This document shows, piece after piece, positions 1-11,447 of a stretch of DNA of 64,000 nucleotides. The notes beneath the pieces are model-generated. The model made no database searches. It was given only the letters and a program-made list of their open reading frames with translations, and was not told the DNA's origin. The stretch is taken from positions 141,112,001 through 141,176,000 of the forward strand of contig OX597817.1 of assembly GCA_951406725.2 (NCBI GenBank). The letters run 5' to 3'. Each line of letters starts with the position of its first letter. Within the stretch, counting starts at the first letter, position 1. The stretch is from Octopus vulgaris (lineage: Eukaryota). Position numbers and translations under genes: made by a program.

Positions 1-540
1 ATAGAATTTATCCCTAAATATTTCCATAAATGACATTTGAAAATTTAGTTTTTGTGCAACTCCAAATGTGTCTCTTGTTGAGAGTCTTGTAGAGGAAATG
101 GATCTAAATAAACATGTGTGAGATGGCGGGCTTAAAAAGTTTGCTTCTCAACTGTGTCGTTTAAGGTTCAGGCCCACTAATGACCCCTTGGACAAGTGTC
201 TTCTGTTACTTTGAGTCAATCAAAGCATTGTTGTCTAAATGTGGTTTGGAAATTTATTTGAAGGAATTATTGTTGTTCTTGGGTGGTAGACATAAACTGT
301 TGCTTAATCTAACTCCACTCCCAGCCACACACACACACACACACAGACTCCTGGTTCTTTGATGCCTTTAGTGGAGCCCACTCTATTGCAAGCATTTACA
401 TCAGGAACCCAGTTTGATAATGACTTATTCCTTTTTTTCCTACCTGTCTTAGAAAAGGGCCAAGTGCACATTTCTTCCTCTGACATTGGTCTAAAGCACC
501 AAGAAACAGTGAAGAATTCATTTTGAAGTTTTTTTCGTTA

Positions 541-3149
541 TCATCATCATCGTTTAATGTCTGTTTTCCATGCCAGCATGGGTTGGACGGTTCAACCAGG
601 GTCTAGGAAACCAGGAGGCTGCACCAGGTTCCAGTCTGATCTGGCAGTGCTTCTACAGCTGGATGCCCTTCCTAATGCCAACCACTCCGTGAATGTACTG
701 GGTGCTTTTTACATGCCATCAGTACAGGGGCCAGAGGAGGCTAGCAATGTCCACAATTGGTTGGTGGTTTTTACGTGCCACCGGCACGGATGCCAGTCAA
801 GGCAGCGCTGGCATCGGCCACGTTTGGATGGTGTTTTTTTACATGTCACCAGCACGGGTATCACAACTACAATTTCTATTTGATTTTTATTTTGATGTTG
901 ATTATATTTTTTAAAAATCCCTTTCTACTCCCAAATCATTCAAGTCAGTTCTTATTTGGAATAATTGACTTTTCAGAGGCATTAGAGGACCTGTGTCTCA
1001 TTCATACACCCCCATTTTTGGTATGGTACTGGAAAAGCTAGCTGCAATGTGAGTCTGTGCGGTTAAGAAGCTTGCTTCCCACCCATGTGACCTTGAGTTC
1101 AGTCCCACTGCATAGCACCTTGGGCAAGTGTTTTCTACTCTAGCCTTAGGCTGACCAAAGCTTTGTGAAAAAAGTTCGTCATTCATCAGCTTTATCATAT
1201 ATTTAACATCCAGTTTTCCATGCTTGCTTGGGTTGGCCAGAATTTTATCAAGGTGGATTTACACAGCCTGATGTCCATCTTGTCACCAAATCTTATCTGT
1301 TTCTAAGCAAGTTAATATTTCCCCATGATCTGATGTGATGTCAAAGCAACACACACACACACGCACACACACAGAGTCACACAAATATACATACATACAT
1401 ACAGACATCATCATCATCATCATTTAACATCCACTTTCCATGCTGGCATAAGTTGGACAGTTTCACTGAGGACTGGCAAGCCAGGAGGCTACACCAGGTT
1501 CCAATCTATTCTGGCAAGGTTTCTACAGCTGGATGCCTTTTCTAATGTCAACCATTCCAAGAGTGTAGCAGGTGTTTTTACATGCCACCGGCACAGGGGC
1601 TAGTCAGGCAGCACTGACATTGGCCACACTATGACCCGGCGTTGCTGGGTCATAGTGCTAGTCTAAACTAATTTGAGAGGTAATACAGTATCCACCAAGA
1701 TCACTTATCCCTTCTATACTCTCTCTCTCTAATTACATAAATGTGAATAATTTACTAAACTACTTATGAAGTAACCAACATGATAAAATTTGCCTCATTA
1801 AATTTATATTAAGATCTCACTGAGCTGAGTTAATTAGTTATCCAATTAACATACAATTATATATCTCTCTACTCCTAGTATTTGAAACCTTGTGTAGATG
1901 TAATCTAAATCTGTTTAGTCAATTCTCATGCAAAAAAAAAAAAAAATTTTTATTTGTAACTCTGAAGAAAAGAAGCAACAGGATGTGGTGGAGGCCTAGA
2001 GATCTGAAGAACTGTATGAGGTTAGAGTAATTAAATCTTTAGTTTTTGAGATGTATTTGTATTCCAAGTGGTTAGATCTGAGAGACCTTGTGCTGAAACT
2101 AAAAACAATTTCAGCAGAGAAGACACTTAGCCATTCGAAAATACCAGAAGACTGTTAACATTTATTACTAGGTGTCAAAATTTTCATAGCTCCAAATGCA
2201 CCATGGTCGCTGCTATGAGTCCACTGTAACTGGTTTGAAGCATATATAGGTTTCCAGGATATAGATATAATTTTATCTATATAGGTCAATTGTTCTCCTT
2301 GTCATTGGTTAGTGTTTTCAGTTGAATTGCTGTAGAGATGATGAAAGATGGAGAGAAAAGTATGATAGCAAAGGAGAAGAATTAAGCAGTGATCAGTCTA
2401 ACAGTTGGAAGGTGAGATATAGCACAAGTGAGAGAAAGAGGAGATGGGGAAAGTAGTAAATAAAATAGATATATATATCTATAAAGCGAAATAAAATAGA
2501 TATATATATCTATAAAGCGAAATCGAATTGAACCAGCCAGGATCCCTGGTCTGGTGGTACGTAAAAAGCACTATCCGACTCGTGGCCGATGCCAGCGCCG
2601 CCTCGACTGGCTTCCGTGCCGGTGGCACATAAAATACACCAATCCGACCGTGGCCATTGCCAGCCTCGCCTGGCACCTGTGCAGGTGGCACGTAAAAACC
2701 ACCCACTACACTCACGGAGTGGTTGGCGTTAGGAAGGGCATCCAGCTGTAGAAACATTGCCAGATAAGACTGGAGCCTGGTGCAGCCTTCTGGCTTCCCA
2801 GATCCCCGGTCGAACCGTCCAACCCATGCTAGCATGGAGAACGGACGTTAAACGATGATGATGATGATGATGATATATCTTCATTTGTTTATATCATTGG
2901 ACCATGTCCATGCTGGGGCACCGCCTTAAAGAGTTTAGCTGAACAAATTGTCCCCCCCCCCGGTACTTTGAAGTATGTATTCTCTTGGTCTCTTTTACCA
3001 AACTAATAAGTTACAGAGATGTAATCAAACCTATACCAGTTAGAATTGATGGCATGGGGGTAGGGGACAAACTCAAACACAAAGACATGTATATACACAT
3101 ACATACACATATATATAATATATATGCACAGACTTACATACATACATAC

Positions 3150-3199
<50 letters not shown>

Positions 3200-3405
3200 T
3201 GGCACCAGTGCAGGTGGCACGTAAAAAGCACCCGCTACACTCACGGAGTGGTTGGCGTTAGGAAGGGCATCCAGCTGTAGAAACATTGCCAGATAAGACC
3301 GGAGCCTGGTGCAGCCTTCGGGCTCCCCAGACCCCGGTCGAACTGTCCAACCCATGCTAGCATGGAGAACGGACGTTAAACGATGATGATGATGATGATG
3401 ATGAT
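541..3405. mobile_element. Cluster of 5'-truncated RTE 3' tails (541-900 -, 1405-1626 -, 2530-2872 +, 3196-3405 +)
   Basis: Same ~190-bp tail ending in (GAT)n as the RTE at 57449-58503. Further copies near 13530, 32550, 38500, 39930, 40753, 42481, 42951, 44280, 45430, 50758, 59770 and 62895. Confidence 0.85.
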
Positions 3406-3584
3406 ATATGGAAAAAAGAGATGACACAGGAAAAGCAATGGTTATGTTATGAATACCATTAGCTTACAGCTGTTTCTGCTATAGGATGCAGTGGACTCAT
3501 AGTTGTGTGCCTAAAAAACAACCTATAGCTTCAGTGGAACCATGAATATGAAGTGCAATTTATTTGGGAAAAAAAATAATTACA

Positions 3585-5065
3585 TCATCATCATTTAACG
3601 TCCATTTTCCATGCGGGCATGATTTTGACAGTTTCACAGGAGCTGGCCAGCTGAGGTATTGTCCAGACTCCAATTGTCTGTTGTGGCATGGTTTCTACAT
3701 TGGATATTCCTCCTAATGCCAACCCCTTTACAGAGTACGCTCTGTGATAATCATGTGCCACTGACACAGGTGTGTTTATTCAGCTCCAGTACGAATGCTT
3801 TTCATGTGGCACTGCTACATGAAAGAACAAGCCTGTACATATGGAAGATAGTGATTTTACTTATCTTGATGTATCTTTTCAAATACAGCAAATCGCCACC
3901 ACTCCCAGTTCCTTGTCATTCCCTCAGTAAGGCCCAGCATCTGAAGATTTTTGCTCACCACTTTGTCCGTCTTCCTAGGTCGACCCCTCCCACAGGTTCT
4001 CGTAGTCCCTTGTTATTTCGTCAGTGAGGCCCAGCATCTGAAAATCCTTTCTCACTACTTTGTCCCATGTCTTCCTGGGTCTACCTCTTCTACAGGTTCC
4101 CTGCTTCCTTATGCAGCTGACCTCATCCATATGCATTACATGACCAAACCAGCACAGTCTTCTCTCTTGCACACAACATCTAATGTCTCATACCCAGTTT
4201 TCTTCTCAAATCATTTACACTCTGTTGTACATAAACACTGAAATTACCCATCCAGCAGAGCACGCTAGCTTCATCTCTTTCACACCTTCACAAGTCCTCT
4301 ATAGTCAAGGCCCATGTTTCTTTGCCATGTAGCGTAACTATTTGTACACAAGCATCATATGATCTGCCTTTCACTCTGAAGGAGAGTGCCTTAATTACCA
4401 ACAAAGTTAGATGCTCTCTGAACATCACCCAGCCAGTTCTAAATCTAGCAACTATACCTTCAAAACTTCCATCACTACTGCTCACTAGGTCTCCTTGGTA
4501 ACAGAAGCTATCTACTGCTTCTCATGATCCCACTGAGCATTTGAAGGAAGTATTTATTGTACCCACACATTTGCTACACACAAAGACTATTTTCTCCATT
4601 AACCCTCTTGTGATACTGTTACACCTTTTATATATCCAAAGCTTGCACTGGGTAAAATGTATGGACTTTCAACCAACACCCTTCTTACATAATGAGCAGG
4701 GCCTTCTCCTTGAAGAGACTTGTGATTTGTCTGTTTTCTTACTTACTAAAATTTTGGTTTTTGCTTAATTGACTCTAAGGCCCTTAGATACCAGGCCTTG
4801 CTTCCACACCTGAAATTTCTTCTCTAGATCAGGTAGTGATTCAGCAATAAGAACAAGGTCATCAGCATAGAGGATCTCCCTGGGGCAGCCAGTCTTGAAT
4901 TCCTCTGTTACGGCCTGGAGGATTATGATAAACAAGAGGGAGCTGAAAACTGATCTTTAGTGAACACCTACCTGTACACTGAATTCCTTGTTATACTCAT
5001 TGCCAACCTTCACCTTAGTGGCACCATCCCTGTACATGGCTTGTACAGTTCTCACTAAACATTCA
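3585..5065 (-). mobile_element. Decayed RTE-clade LINE (RT to 3' tail)
   Basis: LYADDL at ~4855-4873, then SYDACV...HGKETW and RGRPRKTWDKVVRKD, ending in a (GAT)n tail. Confidence 0.85.
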
Positions 5066-5175
5066 TCTGTATTGATCACAAGATGAGGGAGCAAGGACCC
5101 TGTCAAAAACTGTTATGGAACTGTCTGTTTCACTGTTCTCAACTCTGCTCTCTTAGTGGTTTCTACCTGCATAAA

Positions 5176-5492
5176 AAGAAGAAGAAGAAGAAGAAGAAGA
5201 AGAAGAAGAAGAAGAAGAAGAAGAAGAAGAAGAAGAAGAAGAAGAAGAAGAAGAAGAAGAAGAAGAAGAAGAAGAAGAAGAAGAAGAAGAAGAAGAAGAA
5301 GAAGAAGAAGAAGAAGAAGAAGAAGAAGAAGAAGAAGAAGAAGAAGAAGAAGAAGAAGAAGAAGAAGAAGAAGAAGAAGAAGAAGAAGAAGAAGAAGAAG
5401 AAGAAGAAGAAGAAGAAGAAGAAGAAGAAGAAGAAGAAGAAGAAGAAGAAGAAGAAGAAGAAGAAGAAAGAAGAAGAAGAAGAAGAAGAAGA
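5176..5492 (+). repeat. (GAA)n microsatellite, ~105 units
   Basis: Directly visible, with one phase slip at ~5469. Confidence 0.98.
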
Positions 5493-6347
5493 AAAAAATG
5501 CGGGAATGCCATGATGGTAGTATATTCAAAACTTTTTGAACTTATAATTTTCTGTGTATATATATAGATACTTCCAAACAAACATGATTTCTAATGAAAT
5601 CCCAATATTCTTTATGAACTTTGTAATAATTTTTTCTATAAACTGTTTTTAACATTTTCTTATTATTATCAAAGAATGTATATATGTATTGTAATCTTTT
5701 GTGTCTAATATTTTAATGAACTTTTTAATTTTTTAATATTTTCCCAAGATTTTTCCTTGTAAACTGTTTTTAACATTTTCTTATTATTATCAAAGAATGT
5801 ATATATGTATAGTAATATTTTGTGACAACCAGTACCTAACACAACAAAACTTTTACATTTTACTTTTGACAATCTTTTTCTAAAAAAAGTGAAACCGGTC
5901 AAGTGAATAAACATCTTTTAAAATTGCATTTTCAAACCTTCTTTCATATATAATCCCACTCGTGTGGTACCTTACAGCTTCACTTTGTTATATATATATA
6001 TATATAATTATAACAAAGAGGGTCTTCGCAACAAGTTGCTAGACCACATACTGAAAGTATTAGAAATAGCAGCCAGAGGACTGTTATTTCTTTTACTACA
6101 AAAATATGTCTCCACAGACAACAGTATTTTCAACTCACTACATAGCAACAAAAGAAGGAAAATAATGAAATCAAACAGTCCACGGTCAATTATGGACGTA
6201 CATGTTGCGAAGACCCTCTTTGTTATAATTATATAAACTTTTACCGAATATGGTCCTTTTCCATACTGAAACACTACTTGGTGAAATTTGTTGATTTTAT
6301 TAAATTAATTATATTTCACACTTTATCTGTATTGATATATGTATCAA

Positions 6348-7100
6348 CTTCTACCACATTCCAGGGAGAAAAACTAGAAGTAGTTGATAGCTTCCGTTAC
6401 CTAGGTGACCAAGTCAGTAGTGGGGGTGGGCGTGCTGAAAGTGTAACTGCTAGAGTAAGAATAGCCTGGGCAAAGTTCAGAGAGCTCTTACCCCTGCTGG
6501 TGACAAAAGGCCTCTCGCTCAGAGTAAAAGGCAGACTGTATTATGATGCATGTGTACGAACAGCCATGCTACATGGTAGTGAAACATGGGCCGTGATTGC
6601 TGAGGATATGCGTAAGCTCGCAAGAAATGAAGCCAGTATGCTCCGATGGATGTGTAATGTCAGTGCTCATACTCGACAGTGTAAGTACCTTGAGAGAAAA
6701 GTTGGACCTAAGAAGCATCAGTTGCGGTGTGCAAGAGAGACGTTTGCGCTGGTATGGTCATGTGACAAGAATGGCTGAAGATAGTTGCGTGAAAAAGTGC
6801 CACACCCTAGCAGTTGAGGGAACCTGTGGAAAAGGTAGACCCAGGAAAACCTGGGACGAGGTGGTGAAGCACGCACCATCCAACCGTGGCCGTTTGCCAG
6901 CCCCGTCTGGTACCTGTGCCAGTGGCACGTAAAAAGCACCCACTACACTCACGGAGTGGTTGGCGTTAGGAAGGGCATCCAGCCATAGAAACATTGCCAG
7001 ATCAGACTGGTGCAGCCTTCTGGCTTCCCAGACCCCAGTTGAACCGTCCAACCCATGCTAGCATGGAAAGCGGATGCTAAATGATGATGATGATGATATA
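6348..7100 (+). mobile_element. RTE LINE 3' fragment joined to its 3' tail
   Basis: FRYLGDQVSSGGG, ARVRIAWAKFREL, HGSETW and GRPRKTWDEVVKH, then the hairpin module and (GAT)n. Confidence 0.9.
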
Positions 7101-7105
7101 TATAT

Positions 7106-7632
7106 ATGGTGGCTGCCCCCTCGTTATCGAGTATGGCCATTGCACGAAGCTTAATCAATGTTGTTATCGTGCAATGCCTGTGCAAGAAGATTTTTTTTAA
7201 AGTGGGGAAAGGCTGTGCACTGAGTCAATCCTACTCACTAACCAACAGCAGCCATAATCCGAAAAGAAGAACACGTCAACATCATCGGTAACCACTGAAC
7301 CGCAGGTTTTATGTTGGAGTTATCTCAGTTACCTGAGTTACCTTCTTCTAGAAGGATGCCCTAACAAAGGCTAGGAGTCCTTCACTCCCAATGGTTTAAC
7401 CACGCGATCGAGTATTCAGTCCGATTATTTCTATGTCCCTGCACATGATACAGCCTTAAGACAGTTCCTCCGCCCTTTGACGGGTTTTGTTTTTCATCCC
7501 GCAGTGTGTCCAATAAACACCCTCCTCACCAAGCAAGCTTGGTGGGGTTGCCGGTTTAGTCGCTGACGACCCGACCATGCAACAGGTTGTACTGGGTTAC
7601 ATGTTACCAGTAGCACGCGAAAGTGACCTGAC
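7106..7632 (-). mobile_element. Probable LINE 5' UTR-derived repeat
   Basis: GC/CpG-richer block between (TA)n runs with an internal hairpin CTCACCAAGC-AA-GCTTGGTGGG. Family assignment from recollection only. Confidence 0.35.
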
Positions 7633-8097
7633 ATAAATATATATATATGCATACACACACACACACACATATCTAAAACCAAAATATCCCTGATCATAAG
7701 GTCTGCTCAGTCCTGGTTGACCCTGGGTTAAACAGCTAAACAACAACTATTGTCATCACTACCTTCCCCCGCTCTCTTCCTCATTATGTACATTTAAGTG
7801 AGAGTGGTAAGTTGCTATAATTAGCTGAGTTGGTATAATTAGCTTTATGGTATTTCTGCTGGGTCTTTATGTTTCGTGTTCATCCTTTCGGAGGTCGATA
7901 AAGTAAAGTGCTGAGGTTCATTAGGGATAATTGACTAATCTCCCTCCTTTCAAAATTACTGGCTTTGAACTTAAATTAGAAATGAGAGTTCAAATCCCAC
8001 TAGGGTCAACTTTGGTTTCCATTCTCTCAAACTGGATAAAATAAAATGGGGTCAATTCAACTGATTAAACTCCTCCACTCAAAATTATGGATTTTGC

Positions 8098-8860
8098 ACA
8101 TGACTGAGGAAATGACTAGCGACCGAGACTTTTGGAAATATGCTGTGCTTGCGAAGACCCGGCAAGACAAATGAGACCATAACCTGTGGCCCATGCCAGG
8201 AGCGTAACCAGTCCGCTTATGAGTACCTTTTCCTTCCTTGGACACTAAACTCTGCTTGCGAAGACCTGTTGAGGCAAATGAAATCAAAATCACATTCGAT
8301 GACTGGCATCTGTACTAGCGGGGTGCAAAGAGCACCATACGAGCATGATCATTGACAGAGCGGCTAACCAGCTTCCGTGCCAGTGGCACATAAAAGGCAC
8401 CATTTGAGTGTGATTGTTACCAGCATTGCCCACCTTACTGGTACTTGTGCCCGTGCTAGTAGGGTGCCAAGAGCACCATCCGAGCGTGATCGTTGCCAGA
8501 GCAGCCAACTGGCTTCTGTGCTGATGGCACGTAAAAGGGCACCATTCGAGAGTGATTGTTACCAACGTCGCCTTACTGGCACTTGTGCTGGTGGCATGTG
8601 TAAAAAGATTTGAGTGAGGTCGTTGCCAGTACCGCCTGACCGGCCCTCGTGCCGGTGGCACGTAAAAAGCACCCACTACACTCTCGGAGTGGTTGGCATT
8701 AGGAAGGGCATTCAGCTGTAGAAACTCTGCCAGATCAAGATTGGAGCCCGGTGCAGCCATCTGGTTCGCCAGCCCTCAAGTCAAAATCGTCCAACCCATG
8801 CTAGCATGGAAAGTGGACGTTAAAGAAGAAGAAGAGGAAGATGATGATGATGATGCTGCT
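8098..8860 (+). mobile_element. RTE ORF end plus 3' UTR with hairpin-module array
   Basis: Starts in the ...TEEMTSDRD.W.YAV ORF end also seen at 57911-57990, then 5-6 GTGCCxxTGGCAC modules and the common tail. Confidence 0.85.
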
Positions 8861-9486
8861 GCTAAATTAAAGACAATTATGTGCAATCAAGTTAAGACCA
8901 TTATACTTAAGAGAATGGTAAAAGAAAATCAAACAAATTAAAAAATACTTTGAGGAGAATACACGAGCTTAATTATTAATATCATTTTAATCTGGTAAGT
9001 TTATCCAGATTATCTGATAAATCAAACCTAACTTGCAGCTGAAACAGCTTGTAAAGCCATGAACATCACACTGTATTATTTTCTAGCCCTGATGTCAATC
9101 GATTTCATTGATATGAAGTCTAGGTCCTGATTTCTAACAACTTGTTAAACACTTCAGTAATCATTGTTAGATACATGATTTCTGTATAAGTTATAGCTAT
9201 ATGCATGCACATGACATCATTACAAGAAATGATGGTAACAAAGAGGAACGCAATGGAGTGAATTGCATCTTCATACTTTCCAGTTCAAAGGGATCTAATA
9301 CACATTTTGTTTATCCTCACAGGCCTTGGCAGAGCCCTTAATTCTTAAGCCCATTTCCATCACTGCCCACAAGTAACAAAGCAGAATGATAAAACTTGAA
9401 TGATTAATAAAAAAAATAGTAATATTTTTAAGGTTCTTCATTTTGTAACAGTGAGAGCGAGCCCTCTTAGAATAGTGGGCCTATAC

Positions 9487-9720
9487 CTGTTTCTTTACTA
9501 CACACAAGGGGCTAAACACAGAGGGGACAAACAAGGACAAAGAAACGGATTAAGTCGATTACATCGATCACAGTGTGTAACTGGTACTTAATTTATCGAC
9601 CCCGAAAGGATGAAAGGCAAAGTCAACCTCGGCGGAATTTTAACTCAGAATGTAACAGCAGACGAAATACCGCTAAGCATTTCGCCCGGCGTGCTAACCG
9701 TTTCTGCCAGTTCGCCGCCC
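9487..9720 (-). mobile_element. tRNA-derived SINE with MetaSINE-like central domain
   Basis: A/B-box-like head, then GCCTTTCATCCTTTCGGGGTCGATAAATTAAGTACC. Other copies at ~25245-25475, 33525-33745, 38885-39015, 43960-44120, 47170-47375, 51736-51970, 54785-54990 and 62305-62535. Confidence 0.8.
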
Positions 9721-10705
9721 TATAGTGGGCCCACGCCCCTTCCTGTCTGTTATGGTCTAATCAGTCACTGAATAGTACCATCTTTAAGCATGTGCACACC
9801 AAGTGATTGCCTGCAGATCACACTTGTTTAGGGGTCTAAAGCTAATCTGTGTAAGTTGTGGTTGGCTGTGCAGGGTTCCGTAATATGTCCTAGCCAGGTG
9901 TGTATAATGCTGTTTAGACGCTCTTACCTCTCATCCCAAAAGATCAAATACAAGGGATTACATTTGTAGGTAGGTTTACTTGATGATCAATGGCTTTGTA
10001 CTTGAACTTTGTAACCCAATCTATTAGTTGACACAGAAAACAGAAAAACGTTCAAGTTTGTGATTTAAATTTTTAAAAATTAAAAAAAGTATTTGCTGCA
10101 CAATTTATAAGTTAGAATAAAACAGCAACATTAAAAGATACAAATCTTTTAACTGAATATTATTTTATTTCTGACAACCCTTAAACTTATTTGTTAAAAA
10201 AAAAAAACCTTAAAAGTTTTCTTATTTGAAAGTTAATTTTTTTCACCTGGAGGATTTAAAAATCAGTATTTCTTGCAAAAAGTATTATTCTTACACTAAA
10301 CCTTCATAATTCTTAGGTTTTAATTTTTTTTAAATGTAAGTTGCGCTCTTAATTTTTTTATTTTTTACATTCAAATAATTTCTAATAAATACACGAAATC
10401 AGAAATATGTGTGTGTGTGTGTATGTCTGGAGGGGGTTAGTTGGTGAAATCTTCATGGCTACTTAATTAAACGACCCCGAAATGATGAAACGTAAAGTTG
10501 ACTGCGGATTTGAACTCAGAACGTAATGAAGTGAAAAATATGTTGAGAGAATAAAAACGCGAAGATATGTGGTATAATTTTCTATTTAGCAGTTTATATA
10601 CTATAACACAAGCCGACTTCCCTTTTGCTATGTAAAGTTTCAGAGTCCCAGGATTCTGTATTTAAGACTAATTAATGCCTTTTTTTTTTAATTAAATATT
10701 ATTTG

Positions 10706-10735
10706 ACCGGAAGTTATGTTATCTCTGTCACGTGA
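10706..10735 (+). promoter_or_regulatory. Putative GST proximal promoter motifs (ETS and E-box)
   Basis: ACCGGAAGT (10706-10714) and GTCACGTGA (10727-10735), 35-65 bp upstream of the probable start codon, in CpG-retaining sequence. Confidence 0.5.
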
Positions 10736-10769
10736 TAGCGAATCTTTGCCAAGCTTTAGTTCGAAGTCG

Positions 10770-11447
10770 ATGATGTCTGATATCACGTTGTACTGGGGCT
10801 CTGGGAGTATACCATGTTGGCGCATTATGATTACTTTAGAAGAAAAGGGGTTGGATTACAACTCCAGATTGATGTCGTTCGAGAAAAAAGAACACAAAAG
10901 TAATGAAATTACGAGGCTAAACCCTCGTGGTCAGCTGCCCACCATGAAAGTTGGTGACTGTGTTGTGAACGAGTCGTTCGCTGCTTGCGATTACCTGGAG
11001 ACTGTCTACAAGGACAAGGGCACCTCTTTGTACCCACCTGCGTCGTCTGAAAAGCAGCTAGCCTTGGTCCTTCAAAAAATGCATGAAACGTGTAATATTC
11101 AGCAGAAGATGGTTACTAATATTATTTACTATCTGTGGGGTAACCCGAACCCGGACAAAGATCTGCTGACTAAACGACACGCCGAGCTGGCTGAAGAACT
11201 GGGTCGCTGGGAGGACTACATGAAGGAGCTGAAATCGACCTTTCTAACTGGGCCTGATATAACCATGGCAGATGTAATGTTTTTCCCATATATTGCTTTC
11301 GGAGTTCGATCTGGCCTGCAGCTGGAAAGTCGTTATCCGTGTTTGGCAGCCTACTACAATATGATGAAGGAGAGACCGAGTGTGAAAAAATCTTGGCCAC
11401 CACATTGGAAAGGCACTTCAAATAATAACGTACTGGCTGATGTCTAA
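10770..11447 (+). CDS. Glutathione S-transferase, rho class (GST-A-like), single exon, ~225 aa
   Basis: Uninterrupted ORF with rho-class motifs LYWGSGSIPCWR, SFEKKEHKS, LNPRGQLP, NESFAACDYLE, ADVMFFP and ERPSVKKSWPPHW. The homology-consistent start is ATG 10770/10773; the in-frame ATG at 10716 sits among promoter motifs. AATAAA at 11643-11648. Confidence 0.95.
   Translation: MMSDITLYWGSGSIPCWRIMITLEEKGLDYNSRLMSFEKKEHKSNEITRLNPRGQLPTMKVGDCVVNESFAACDYLETVYKDKGTSLYPPASSEKQLALVLQKMHETCNIQQKMVTNIIYYLWGNPNPDKDLLTKRHAELAEELGRWEDYMKELKSTFLTGPDITMADVMFFPYIAFGVRSGLQLESRYPCLAAYYNMMKERPSVKKSWPPHWKGTSNNNVLADV

Noticed and set aside
557-883. Recurrent ORF family ...LQLDALPNANHS... suggesting a multigene family
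   Set aside because: Antisense reading of the RTE 3' tail; frames and stops differ among copies.
5083-5581. Poly-K/R/L/S ORFs
   Set aside because: Translations of the (GAA)n microsatellite.
5639-5826. Local direct duplications (also 2461-2521, 13267-13463, 35590-35870, 54709-55116)
   Set aside because: Ordinary short tandem or slippage duplications with no further signal.
10716-10769. 18-aa N-terminal extension of the GST
   Set aside because: No counterpart in recalled rho GSTs, and it overlaps promoter-like motifs; probably not translated, though not excluded.
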